Source: Anolis carolinensis (lineage: Eukaryota). Taken from it: 64,000 nt of DNA. Position 1 is the stretch's first letter. Every line of letters begins with the position of its first letter. A program made the position numbers and the translations under genes. The stretch spans positions 8,742,001-8,806,000 of the forward strand of contig NC_085847.1 of NCBI RefSeq assembly GCF_035594765.1, read 5' to 3'. The notes under the pieces are model-generated. The model was not told the origin of the DNA. It worked only from the letters and a program-made list of their open reading frames with translations, and ran no database searches. This document shows, piece after piece, positions 24,114 through 37,538 of this stretch.

Positions 24114-27100
24114 GTCGGTCACGACTGGACTTAATATCAGAGGAAACCTTTACCTTATTATTATTATTATTTTGTTGTATGACACAGCAAACAAAATCCC
24201 AAGTCGAATACTTCCCAAGTGTCTAGGACTGTGTGATGTATTTTCAGATGATCCTAGACACTTGGGAAGTGTTCGACTTGGGATTTTGTGATACGAAATC
24301 CAGCATATCTTTCTTGTTTGCTGTGTCATATAATAATAATAATAAGGTAAAGGTTTCCCCTGACGTTAAGTCCAGTCATGACCAACTCAAGGTTGGTGCT
24401 CATCTCCATTTCTAAGCCAAAGAGCCAGCGTTGTCCGTAGACACCTCCAAGGTCATGTGGCCACTGGCATGACTGCATGGAGCGCTGTTACCTTCCTGCC
24501 AGAGCAGTACCTATTGATCTACTCACATTTGCATGTTTTCGAACTGCTAGGTTGGCAGGAGCTGGGGCTAACAGCGGGCACCCACTCCGCTCCCGGGATT
24601 TGAACCTGGGACCTTTTGGTCCATAAGTTCAGCAGCTCAGCGCTTTAATACACTATGCCACCAGGGGCCCTATAATAAAGTATTATTATTATTATTATAC
24701 TTTATTTATACCCCGCCACCATCTCCCCGCAGGGACTCGGGGTGGCTCACATTGTTACAAAAGTAACAACACAAATACATTAGCACAATATACACAGGTT
24801 AAAACACAATAAGGTAATAAAACAAAAGTTAAGACAACAGTAATAATATCAAACAACCACCAATACAATTCAGTCAAACTTCATAGGTGGGGGGACTGCA
24901 GCAGCAATATAAAGATAGAATCGTTAGATTAAATTACCCAGACAAGAGGGACCTAGTAAAATTCAGAATAGAATTATAATGAGGCTGGTCATCCAATGGC
25001 TGTCTCTCCAAAGGCCAACCTAAACATCCAAGTTTTCAATTGTTTATTAAAGGAGGATAGAGAGGGCGCCAACTTTTCTACCCAAACCGTTTAGAGCTTT
25101 ATAGAGCTTTGAACCGTTTAGAGCTTTATAGAGCTTTAGAGCTTTGAAGCCCACCTTGAATTGGGCTTCAAATGGAGTTCCCCCAATAATGCTTAGATTC
25201 TTTTTTTCAAGCCACTGCTTGCTGTATTTGCTCCTTAAATCAAGACCTCCAGCCACTGAACACACGCTCACAGGATCCATCACTGCACGCACCCTTCATA
25301 GGATGAGTGTCCCTTCTCTCCAACATTTGTGACTGTGTGCACACACTACCATCCGTTCCTTTTGTGGCCTTCCAAGATGTCACTGAGTTAAATCCGCCCC
25401 CCGCCTCCCCCCCCCCCGAGTAACTCGGTCAATCCATGTCCTACGCTGCTGTTTTGTTGCAGGAAGAGCGAGTGCTATGGGACCGAAATCTCCCCCAGGC
25501 GCAAGACGAAGACCATCCCATTGCATGGAAAGTCCAGTTCAGTCCCGGGAACGGCAGTCAGCAGGGGAACCAGTGTCGAAACTCAGTCCAAGGGAAGCTG
25601 CTGATCACGGATGAGCTGGGTAAGTCTCTTCATTCAGTGCCTGGGTGGTGCATTGGTTAGAGCAGGCTTTCCTCAATCTGGATTACCTAAAAGAGTTTGA
25701 GCTCCAATGCCTGTCAGGCAAAGGCCCCATCTGCACTGCCATATAATGCAGTTTGAAACTACATTATTTGGCAGTGTAGATGGGCCCCTAGTCATTGTGG
25801 GTAACACTTAGGAGTTGGTTTTGTAGTCCAAAAGGACGGCACTAGGAAGTTCCAAACCAGAGAACATCCAGGGAGTGCTAAACTATGATCGTAGAGACAC
25901 AGATTCCCTATTCAGCCATGAAGCTTGCCTACTGACCTGGATTAGTTACAATCCAAAGTCTTTGGGAGCATTTTTTCAAGACTTCTCCTTCTGATAGAAT
26001 TGAAAGCTGTGAAAAGTTGTTTTAAACCAACACACACACTTTCTGATGATGGTGATAATAATAATAATAATAATAGTTTTCTATCCTGCCACCATCTCCC
26101 AAAGGGACTCGGGGCGGCTTGCAAGGCATGTACTAGTGCAGCAAAATATACAGAATACAATAAAATACTCTCTCTAGATGCACTGCCATAGATACTTGAC
26201 AAGAGCCTACCTTTTCCCACTCTTCTACTTCATCCACTCTGTTTCTAATTCTCTGTGAATATTCAGGGCTTGTCAATCTTCCCCTTCTCTGATTACATCT
26301 TTGGTGGTCTTTTCTTGTAGGTTATATCTGTGAACGGAAGGACGTGTTGGTGAACGGTTGTTGCAATGTCGATGCACCCGGCACGAAGCTGTACAGCTGT
26401 GAGAGCTGCCTGTCAAATGGCTGTTGCAGTGTGTACGAGGCCTGCGTTTCCTGCTGCTTGCAGCCCAACAAGGTAAAGAGGACTTCATTGTAATGTGGGC
26501 TATTTGGGAGGTATGTCCTCTCCTCTTCTCAAAATTCTAAGTTTTTATATATTTTGGAGTCTACTTCTTTGCCTAGTTTTGCTGTACTTGAGTCAACACC
26601 CGCAGATGGTGTTTACTATTAACGGAAATGATAAAAATCCCATTACTGAATAATAACCAATAGTGGAAATAAACAAGAGGGAGGGCTCCACCAAACGGCA
26701 CCTTCACATTAATTAATCCATTATATTAGGAAAAGCATTCCTGTCTATCCTGGCAGCAGGGTTTGTTTTTAAAGAGCTCAGTTTGTAATGCATCTGCTTA
26801 TATGAATGTTGATGCCCTGCATAGTGGTGCAAAGTGCGCTATTCTAAACTGTCATTTGGTAAACATGGACCTTCTTTTCACCAAATGCAACAAAGGAAGG
26901 ACACAACACAAAAATTATCATAAACTACCAAATTTGGTTTCCAAAATCAGTTTGAAGCAGGAAGCTGTGGTTGGAACTCTACCTCAAGATGTAAGGAAGT
27001 CTCTTGGCAACAACATAGAGCAAAGTTTTTCAAACTGTGCTCCTCCAGATGTTTTGGACTTCAGCTCCCACGATTCCTAACAACTGGTAAGGTGGTTGGG

Positions 27101-28147
27101 ATTTCTTTAAGCTGAAGTCCAAAACACAGTAAATACTACAGCATATTCCAGTTGACCACCCCAGGGTCTACCTGGCATGTCAGTAGTGCTTTGGAAGAAC
27201 TGGAATAAAACACAAGATGTGAGAGTATCATCATTCACAAAGTACAAGGATTAAAATGCAATACTACTTTGATCATCCAAAATTCCCCTACAAATGCCAA
27301 TCCAGTGAGAGGTTGTATGGATCTAGTGAATTCTGTGCTACCACTGATAAACACATCAAACAGAATAATGACAGTTACTTGATTTTGCGCTAGGATGACT
27401 CACAGACAGGAGTACATCTCATTTGTTTACTTGGAACCAGCAGCAGCGAATATGTTCAACCTTCGCATTTACTTGGAAGGTTGTTTTTGTTGTTTGCCTT
27501 CATGTCCAACTTTTCTTTTCTTGGCGGAATCAGCAACTGTTATTCCACTCAGAAAAATGCCTCCGAGTTTTACTCGTAGTAAACATTAAAGTACAAGAAG
27601 GATCCATCTGTGGTTCCAAGTAGCTCCAGCTGTAACTTCTGGCTTTGAAATGCAGAAAGATATACAAGTTTACAATCTCTGTTTTGTGTCAGGAAACCTG
27701 TGATATCCTTGAATGAACATTTTGAATAGAGGATATGGGGTCACTGTTTGAATAGTAAATGCGGGGGAAACTGCTTCAGGCCAATGTAAGATATGTATGG
27801 GCATGCCTTCACATCCACCTTGTCTTTTTTGTAACCATCAGAAATGTCTGTTTTATTCAGCAACAGGTTCTGGAAAATTTTTTGAATCGAGCGGCAGTGG
27901 CCTTCCGGAATCTTTTTCTTTCTGTGGAGGATCATTTTGAGCTGTGTCTGGCAAAATGCAGGACCTCGTCGCAGGTGAGACGAGAGGGACCTTTGGTAGC
28001 CATGCTGTAGTTTCCCTAGTGCTTGGCCTTCCCTATAACATTTCCTCTTTCTCTCCTGTCCAGAGCGTCCAGCACGAAAACACCTATCGGAACCCAATTG
28101 CCAAATATTGCTATGGGGAGTACCCCCCCGATCTCTTGTCTGTGTGA
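23772..28147 (+). CDS. SPRING1: SREBP-regulating gene protein (C12orf49), whole CDS: join(23772-23882,25463-25619,26321-26472,27861-27974,28064-28147), 205 aa
   Basis: [37 protein letters not shown]...[24 protein letters not shown]...[10 protein letters not shown]...[32 protein letters not shown]-terminal TM plus Cys-rich lumenal domain; head-to-head with RNFT2 as in mammals. Confidence 0.95.
23935..23997 (+). mobile_element. CR1 3' tail
   Basis: ttggactggatggccc...tcttccgattctatgattctatg (ATTCTATG terminal repeats). Confidence 0.75.
24344..24670 (-). mobile_element. Sauria SINE, near full length
   Basis: tRNA-like head (GGTTCAAATCCC B-box on minus) and (ACCTTT)n tail. Confidence 0.85.
25000..25200 (-). 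mobile_element. L2 LINE RT C-terminal fragment with an internal tandem duplication; similar fragments at ~54100-54230 and ~56100-56400
   Basis: AQFKV...YKALNG (duplicated); [21 protein letters not shown]; LPKEINMAPSLLSFKKRLKTHL. Confidence 0.65.
25463..25619 (+). CDS. SPRING1: SPRING1 exon 2
   Basis: [10 protein letters not shown]...[17 protein letters not shown], 157 bp. Confidence 0.93.
25723..25786. mobile_element. Short palindromic Harbinger-like MITE; relatives at ~30332-30481 and ~55570-55950
   Basis: ggccccatctgcactgcc...ggcagtgtagatgggcc inverted termini. Confidence 0.65.
26321..26472 (+). CDS. SPRING1: SPRING1 exon 3
   Basis: [50 protein letters not shown], 152 bp. Confidence 0.95.
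27861..27974 (+). CDS. SPRING1: SPRING1 exon 4
   Basis: [38 protein letters not shown], 114 bp. Confidence 0.93.
28064..28147 (+). CDS. SPRING1: SPRING1 exon 5 (stop)
   Basis: [27 protein letters not shown]. Confidence 0.93.
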   Translation, partial: SVQHENTYRNPIAKYCYGEYPPDLLSV

Positions 28148-30952
28148 ACCAGTAGAGCAAACTGGTACCAGCGCGAGAGAAGTGGACTGGAGTTGGCAAC
28201 AAAAGGAAGAGCAACGTCGCAGCTACTTAGGCTAGTGCATTTGCTTGAACTTGCTTTGTACTTTCACCACCCTGGACAGTTGACTTGTTAACATCTCCCT
28301 TCTGTTGTTAAACGGAACCAAGATGCCAGATATCTCCAACCATTGGACACAAAAGATCATGGTCAAACCTTGCATCCCAGATCTGGTCAGTCAAGCTCCA
28401 TGTTAAAAGACAGGTGTATATTTCTGTGGCTCGTGGCCTATTTTGGACTGATGGACAAATGAAGCTCAGGAGAAAGACTGTAAACCCACGGAGTGGGAGA
28501 AGAATGCTATGCTCTGAAGACCGTCGTCTTTTTGTAAATATTATTTATTGGAATCATGCAGACAGTATTAGCTCTAGATGTATTTGATGTATTTCCTGAA
28601 GCTGATATCAGAGGAGTGTCAGCATTAGTGTAAGAATGCAGAAAAAGCATTTATTTGGTTTTCAGGCTTGGGATGGCAAAGTATTTCCTTGAAAAATCTT
28701 ACCTGTAAATGCATTCTGTACATGAAAAAGCTGATACTTGTGATCATTTGGTGGTGGTGGTGCTGCTTGGTCCCCCGCTCAGTGGAACAGTAAATAGCCC
28801 AGGATGCTTTGCTGCTCCCAGTGTCAACAGGAGACTTGGAGGAAAGCAGTTTACATTGGACGATGCAGCTAATACACAAGAAAAGGGACACAAGCACAAT
28901 GAAATGCTCATTGTCTTTATTTTTTGTGCAAAATGTCACAAATAGCAATCATTCCGTGTCCAATTCACAGTAAATAACATTTCTGGCTCTTGTGTGCAAA
29001 TGGGACAGGGCTAGGAGTAAATTGTTGATATCAGACCATGAGAACAAACTAGTTTAAGCATCCTTCCAACTCTTGGATTCTATGACAGGCTGAATGACCA
29101 TCTGTCGAGAGGGCTTTGATAGTGTCCTATATATATTTCGATTTAAATTGTTTTGAGATTGGCTTGTCAGGGAAAAAACAGCAGAGGTCAGTGTTGGAAT
29201 TTAGCAAAATTCTGCATTCAAGGAGAGAGCAGACCCATTAAAAATGCCCTGGAAAAGCTTTGGAAAGGACAAATGTCAGCTTGTAAAACAAGAGACTTTA
29301 TTTATTTATTTATTTATTAATATTGAACGGGACCCTGATGGTGGAAGTTGGAGGCCTTTTCAGTATTTATTTACTCACTCTCTGCTGCAGAGAACAAATT
29401 AGACAAAGCCGAGAACAAAGAAAGAAGAAATTAAAGATAAAAATAAGTAACACAGACACGCTTACACGTCTGGAAGCTGGATTATCTTCCCAATGGGTGC
29501 ATCTACACTGTAGATAATCCAGTTCCATGGCTCAATGCTGTGGAATTGTGGCAGTTGTAGTTTTGGAAGGGCTTCGGTCTTGTCTGCCAAAGAGTCTCCC
29601 CAAATGACAACTTTCTTTTTATCCACAACTTCCTCTTGTTGGGATTTTGTTGTATGCCAATATATGCTGTGTGTGTGTGTGTGTGTGAATTGAGAAGTCT
29701 AGCTACGGGATGGGATTCCACTTGCAGTCTTGGGTCCATAAGGTTTTCCCTTGACCTAAACTGACCCCGGTCGCTTTGTTCATCTCTGGTTTGGACATTT
29801 GCTCCGTCATCTTGCAACAGTCGGGCCAAATAGGAACAGGCTGATGAGGAAAAAAAAGGAGGGAAGGCTCTGATAACACTGTGTTCCACCCTCCATGCCT
29901 AGTGTGACACTTCAATCTGTTTTAAACATCTGCTATATTATTCCAGGAGCTTCGTCTTCAATTGCAGCCAGGGCCAGAGCTATTTTAATCCCTAATCATT
30001 CATCATTGGGCCCTTTCCCATCGCTCTCTCATTCTCTCTCTCCTCCTCCCTTTATTCCTCCATCTGGTGTCCTGCGGGCAGATATCTGAAGAAAATTCCC
30101 ACTTTGAGATCTACTGGAAAGGTCAACGAAAGGAAGGCGCAAACACAACCGAAGCAAAATGAACATGACTTCAATGCTGATCATTGAGGAAGAGAAAGAT
30201 TGAACAAGGATTCGAATATGGTTTCGGCCTAAGGCTTATTTTCCGCCTTCTGACAGCAGGGCGAAATGGCCCAAGACCTGAGCAAATTGGCACCTGCTAT
30301 GAACCGGCAGCAGTGGAACCAACCCAACTAAGGCTGCTTCTACACTGCCATATAATCCAGTTTCAGAATGCAGACTAACTGCATTGAACTGGATTATATG
30401 AGTCTACACTGCCACATAATCCGGTTCAATGAAGTTAAACTGCATTCTGAAACTGCAGTATATGACACTATAAATCCAGCCTAAGACAACAGCCAAGAAG
30501 GCTACAAAAGAAGGATCAAAGGTGTCAAATCAAATGTACGTCAGTTCTAGTAGCCAAGATACGTCGTCCACAGCTGGGGAAAAAATATACAAACGTGAGG
30601 CAATTTGCCTTGACATTCATAGCTACACTTGAGAGGCCCAACTTGGAATTCCCTCAGATCAAATCCCCGACAAGAAACTTTCACAGAAAGTGCTCAATTA
30701 TTATTTACAGAATGCCCCAATCTATTTTCCCTTTAAGAACTGGAAGTGCGTCCAACTTAACTGAGGCATCAAAAATAGAAGCGAATCTGAAGAAGTCCCT
30801 GCCGGACGGTAATAAAGTGATCATTTCAAAAGCGTCTTTCCCATACACCCATATTAGAAAGACAAGGCCAGTTGGGCCGTTCCTGAGCAATGCATCCCAT
30901 TCCTTGTCTCCCTGTGAAATGAGCCAGTGTCCATTGCAGCATTTTGGAGCCG

Positions 30953-31012
30953 TCATCTGTCACCATGGAAGTCCCGACTATCTGACTGGGATCCGTAGGA
31001 CGTATTGGCTTC
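30953..31012 (-). CDS. P2RX4: P2RX4 putative last coding exon
   Basis: Polypyrimidine/AG acceptor then [19 protein letters not shown]. Correct phase, but no recognisable homology. Confidence 0.55.
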   Translation of the reverse strand, partial: EANTSYGSQSDSRDFHGDR

Positions 31013-34000
31013 CTTTTAGAGAAAAATGAAAGTCAGTGCAAAAGAGATTGAAAAAAGAGGTCCAAAGTTTCCCGTCATTCTGGCCAACATTGTCCCAACG
31101 ACAATTTGTTCAAATAATCAAGTTCACAAGGCAACAAACAATGCTGTTGATATTCTGTAAGCTCTCCCAACAGCTCTAGACTTTTCAGGTTGCCTTTGGG
31201 GAGAAAATCTTCCATTCTGTCTCCAAGTCTGCAGCCATGTTTTTGTTTGAGAAAATAAAAATAAGCCCATCCAGAAAACACTCCCAAAAGGCAATGTTTG
31301 CTGAAAATAAAATTAAGGCTGACTTTCAGAGCAGCAACAGAAATCCTAGATATGAGACCATAAATAAAGTATTATTGCAAAACTTACTAATTCATAGTCT
31401 TCAACATATTTGTATTTTTTCTCTCTGTAATAATACCGTTTCTTCATGAAGTACAGGACAATGATATCGCACAGGACAGTTGCCTAAAGGTAAGGAGAAG
31501 GAGACAGGAATGGTTACTAAATGGCTCAAATTTTTATAAAAAATTATCAAAAATGCCAAACACAAAAAGGAAAAGTGCTTACCACACCAAAAAGAGCTAA
31601 ACCAGATCCGATATTAATCATTGTAGGAATTATATCAAATTTTCCTGCCTACGAGAAACACAGATATACTCAAATTATCCACACGTTCCATGAGCAGTTT
31701 GCAACACGTATCTAAGAAAGTGAGAACGCTTCTGTGACCGTCTACATTGCTTCTTCCAAAGGGTAGCAGAACCACATATAATAGGCAATGATACAGAGGG
31801 AAGACAAAGAGATAGCCAAGTAGTAGGTTTGGGACCCAGAATGGCTTACAACATAACAAATAAGGGTTTGAACCAGGACCTTCTTGAAACCAGGAATTAA
31901 GCTGGGCTCTGTGTCCTAAGATATGGGCCTTCCCAAACCAAAGAGAGATGCAATCGCCTGATCCACACAGCCGTTGCCAGACTGGATCCATACGTACCTT
32001 CCCAAACACCATGATGTCAAAGCGGATGCCATAGGCCTTGATCAGCGTCCGGGATTCAACATCATCGGGGGATTTGTAATATTTTGCAAATCTGAAAAAT
32101 GGAAAGAAAATCAGCTATCAATCAGCAGCAAAACCTGCCTGCCATCACAAGTTACTGGCAAAGCTACGCCAACACTCAAACCAGTACAGCATACTTGGTG
32201 CTAAAAATGATTTCTTCAGAGGAGATTTTCCATAGATTTTCTACTGAGAGAGAGAGAGAATGACTTGTCCAAGGTCACTGAGTAGATCTTTTCCCACAAT
32301 CAAACCGTTACCCCATATTGGCTGAGTACTAAGGCCAGAGACAAGTTATTCAGTCTAACAACTGAAGCCAATTGCTGTATGCCTCCTGTATGCTGTATGC
32401 GGGATAGAAATAGATAAATAAATAATTTGATCTCCCTACCTGAAATTGTATCCAGGGGAGACAGTGTGGGCCGAATCCTTGTTGTCAATGCGACGGAAGG
32501 TGTATTTTGGCACACAGCGTGAAGCCGGCTTGTCCAGGTCACAGTCCCAGTTAATCTGCAGACCCATCACTCCACCCTGGAGAAACGGGAAGCAGCACCT
32601 TTTATTCAACCAACAATGGTATTGGACTCAACATTATTTCTATCTCAAGCATCTTCTGCAACTTGTGCTGAATTTTACATAGATTTCGATACACAGTGAA
32701 TCGCCGATAGCCCAAATCCAAAGAAATCGCAGAAAACTAAACGGGTGCGTATTCAAATGCTGAGATCCATACGGCTTATTTCAAATGCTCAAACCCCTGT
32801 GACATATGTGCTGTACAACAGCCCTATACAGATAAGTTGGGAAATGGAGCCCCCAGTTCTCACGACCAAAGATAGCATTTGAAGAAGACAATTGCATACA
32901 TTTGGGGCCGATTCAAACTTCGGACTTCCCACTTTGGATCTGGTGGTGTAGCCAAATCGATTTGTATGGGAAGCCGTTTGCAAACGCAAAGGGCAATACA
33001 ACTGAAAGTAAAAGTAGCCGTTCCAAAGGAAGCTTTACTCTCAAGGAGATTGTTTCCCAAACAGAGGAAGTTAAATATTTGCTCCTCTCTTGAGCGTTTG
33101 TTTGCATAAACCGCTCCCCGGCTGGCCTTGTTCAAATACATGGAGGACTCGAGGGAAAGGCGTAGAAAGAGTAAACCGAGAAGGCAGGCACTCTCGCACA
33201 GAGCTGCCATCACAGAAGGAAACTCAGACCCAGCTCCAGTGGCAGCTGTGGCATTCACATGGACTTGCCGTGGCTCTTCCAGTGGACTGAGCAATCCGTT
33301 TTGCCCTCACTGTTGGGCATCTGGCTCTAAGGAGGTAGCTAGCGGCATCTCAGATGTTCCCCAATGTCCTCCACTCTCCAGCAACCACAATAAGACCATG
33401 ACAGGAGCCGCCAGCATCCGAGCACATGAAGAGCAGAATGGAGATGCCACATGGTCCTGCCTTGGCCAGTAGTGTTCTTTTTCAAAGACCTGAAGCCTCA
33501 ACCACTGCTCTCTCCTTTCAACCATATTATCTCAGCATGTAGTCAAACCAACCTCGACAGCCATCTCTTGGAAATCCTGCCCCGCGGCTTCCACCATGTC
33601 GCGGAGACGGAAGATTGGGCAAGCAGGATCCGTTTTGGCATTGTATTTGCAGTTTTTGAGCTGCGCTTTACTGGTACTAGAGAGGATGTTTCGCCTGGAA
33701 AAAGAAACTACAATGAAATGCCAGGGCTGCGATGACGGAACACAACTCAGCTCACATTCAAGCCGAGATAGAAGTCTTCGACGGCCCTTTTAGACTGTGA
33801 GCATTTATTTCCAAAAGAATCAAGACTATCAGGAATTGCCCACCACCGCAAAGAAGACGACAGCTCAGGGAAAATATACGTACTTTGTGAAGTTGAACTT
33901 GGGATACCAGATGTTGTTCTTCACGAGAAGAGTGAAGTTCTCCGCATCCTTGAGGAAAGCGGGTCTAAAGACACATGAAAAGGAATGAAGTCCAGAGGGG

Positions 34001-35368
34001 AAATATTTGAACTCACAAAGTGCTTTAGTGACCAAAACCTCGACAGGTTGCCTTTCAGGTCTCTTCATGATAGAGCACATGTTCTTTGGGTTGTTGTATG
34101 TTTTCTGGGCTGTATGGCCATGTTCCAGAAGTATTCTCCAGGAGACATACATACAACAACCCTGAGATCCTGGCCATGAAAGCCTTCGACAACACATGGA
34201 ACATCTCTACGGGGAGAAATTGTTCCAAGAGACACGAAGATTGGAAAAAAGCACATCTGTTGTGCTCCCTGACTTTCCTTCTACGCTGCAGAGACACAGC
34301 TACCATCTCACAATTTCTCGCAGCCAAAAGGACCTTCAAAACACCACAGGCTCACCATATTTACAACCGCCTGGAACACAATAGATAATCCACACCATCC
34401 GCAAAGAACTCGCAAACACAAAGAACTGCTGCACCTCCATATCAACATCAGCCAAAAGATGAACTAGGAGAGAATACTTCTGGAACATGGCCATACAGCC
34501 GGGAAAACATACAACAACCCTGTGATCCCGGCCATGAAAGCCTTCAACACCACATGTTCTTTGCAGGTTCAGTCACAAACCCTATTCAATAAGTGAGCAG
34601 ATGCATCATCATCATCATCACTCTTCATGTATACATATATACAATATAATTTACAATAATATATAATATTAAAATATATTGTATATGCATATAATATTAA
34701 TATTATTTTGTAATACAATATAATACTAATAATACAATATAATGTTAATCATATATTATATATTAAATGTAATATTACTAATCATATTACAATATATTTA
34801 TATAGTACAATATAGTAACTTATTGCCAGTATTGTGCTATGCTAATAATATAATGTGTGTAAATTTAATTTGTAAGCCGCTCTGAGTCCCCTTTGGGGTG
34901 AGAAGGGCGGAATATAAATGTATTAAATAAATAAATACATCTTCAGATGCTGAGGATGCCCAGTGTGAAAGCCTCACCTTTGGACTACAGCTCCCAGAAT
35001 CCCTCATCCAGCATGGCTATGCTTGATAAGGAATTCGAGGAGTTGTCGTTGAAAAGTAATTGTCTAACATCTGGTGAAGAGTGATCTGAAGAGAGCAGGA
35101 TATCATTCTCCATGTTGGAAAAGCAATAACCCAGAGGGTTTTTAATAATCTATCCTGTATTTATTACGGTCTTACCTTTTATGTGTTTTTAATGTAATTT
35201 TTTTATTCTGTATTGTTGTTTTAATTGATATATTGCATTACTGTTTTATCTGTTTTATACTGTGATTGTATTATGTTGCTTATGTTTTGTTCTATGTTGT
35301 TTGGGCCTCTGCCCCATGTAAGCCGCCCCGAGTCCCCACGGGGAGATGGTGGCGGGGTATAAATAAAG

Positions 35369-35406
<38 letters not shown>

Positions 35407-37489
35407 TATTATTACAGAGGGGCCGTGGTGGCGCAACGGGCTAAACCATTGAACTATTGAATCTGCTGACCTAAAGGTTGGCAGCTCGAGGCCACGGGTT
35501 GGAGGGAGCTCCTGCTGTTAGCCCTAGCTCCTGCCAACCCAGCAATTCCAAAACATGCAGAAATGTGATAACAGTAAGTACCGCTTTGGCAGGAAGGTAA
35601 TAAGGTGCCAATGATATATAATAATATTATACTATACTAATATTATAATACATTGTATATACATGTAATATTAATAATAATATTATGATGTAATACAATG
35701 TAATAATAATTATAATTCACTATTATAATTGTATATTTATATTACATGCAATATTACTAATAATATTGCGATATAGTTGTATAATATAATATATTGTATG
35801 TATATATACTTGTAAACTGCCCTGAGTCCCCTTCGGGGTGAGAAGGGCGGTATATAAATGTCGCAAATAAATAAATAAATAAATAAATGTAGCCATGCTG
35901 GCAACATAACCAGGAGGTGTCTACAGACAATAGGCTCCTTGGCTTGGAAAATGGAACAAAAACACGTCACCATGGCCAGAGTTGAGCACCGCCTCCAGAA
36001 AGCAAGAGATTAAAAGGTGAAGCCTTTACCTTTGTTCTGTGTATTTGTCTATCATTGTTATTCCACTGTATTAAAGGCATTGAATGTTTGCCTATCTGTG
36101 TACATTGTAATCCGCTCAGAGTCCCCTCGGGGAGATAGAGCGGAATATAAATAAAGTGCATCATTATTATCATTATTATCATGGCTAGTGCATTCTCCTC
36201 CTCCTCCAGTGAGCATTATAACATGAGACCCGGACCACCAAAATATAGCTTCATGTGTCTAGAAAGTCATTCCAGCTCTCTGCTCTCCTCTTTGGCAACC
36301 TCCCCCACAATTTCTGCTTGCCCAAGGCACTCACTTGGGTACCTTCTCATCGTTCTCCACCGGACACCAGGCAAACACCTCGCATGTTTTGATTGTGGTG
36401 TCCTTGGGATAAGGGACGCATCTCCCAGTCTGAACACCTGAAAGGATACAGAAAGGCCGTATTATTTAAAAAATAAGTAAGAACAGCAAGAAAACTAGAT
36501 CTTGGGTATAGATCAAGCCACAGACAAAACCCTATCCCTCTAAGGGAGACCAGGATCATCATAAGTTTCAGATTTCAGATACGAAAATAATTTGGTTTCA
36601 GAAAAGGGATGCCATATTTTATTACTTTATTCCAGACAGCAACGTATTTTGCACTGACAGAAGGTTGATCTAAAATGCCAACTGATGTAAAACACAAGTC
36701 CTATTGAATAGTGCCTCCACACATACCATTACTGTGAGTGCCGATGTATCCTTTGGTGCAATTCTTATCAGACTGGCAAATGGTTGTCTCATCCGGAAGC
36801 TGGAACGGAAGAAGAGCACAGAGGCAAACTGAGAAGAAAACTTCGCAAACTTGCCTTTTTTTTTTTTTGGCTATAACTGACATCTGCAGAACGTATCTGC
36901 ATGGCAAAATAAATTGTCAAAATTTGGCAATGAACTTCAAGTCACTTCTGTGCCAGCATAAATTAGGACTGCGTTTCTTCAAAATACATATCCTATGATC
37001 CAAGAAAAAGTCAATTAAATTTGAAGTTCTTGTGAACTATGGATACCTCTGCACAGTTGCCTTGTGTCTGATTCAGTGTGATGATCAAATTTGTCATGAT
37101 AAATACAGAATTCTCCTCCTAGAAAGCAGGAAAAAAATAAAGTGAGATTGTGTGATACTTTATTTATTACATTTATAACCAGCTTCTGTAAAAGAGGATA
37201 TCCATCCAGTTTCAGCCAATGGCTGAGCATTTGGGAAATGATTATGACCTTTGTCGGGCTGTAAAGCAGGACGAATGGATCACCCAGGGTTTAAGAGCAG
37301 GAAGAGCAAACAAATGGAGAAGTTTTGTGGACAGTGAGTCAGAAGGCCAACATCAAGATAAGAGGGCAGAGGACTTTCCCTTGTGTTATTCAATGTCTCC
37401 AAAAAGGAAACAAATGGAAGAGACGGAACGATCTTGGTAAGGCAACAATGCTCTCCTCCCTCCGTACCACCACCGTAGGAGGAAGAACA

Positions 37490-37538
<49 letters not shown>

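Noticed and set aside
23732-24226. ORFs with poly-Ile, poly-Tyr or poly-Asn runs (also 35221-35460, 37390-37614, 39325-39552)
   Set aside because: These are translations of (TAA)n microsatellites.
32860-33525. Cluster of overlapping 60-144 aa ORFs in P2RX4 intron 7
   Set aside because: No homology, no consistent splice signals; these fit chance ORFs in moderately GC-rich intronic DNA.
34950-34975. Second hammerhead (ctgaggatgcccagtgtgaaa)
   Set aside because: Stem II cannot pair and there is no NUH/stem I arrangement.
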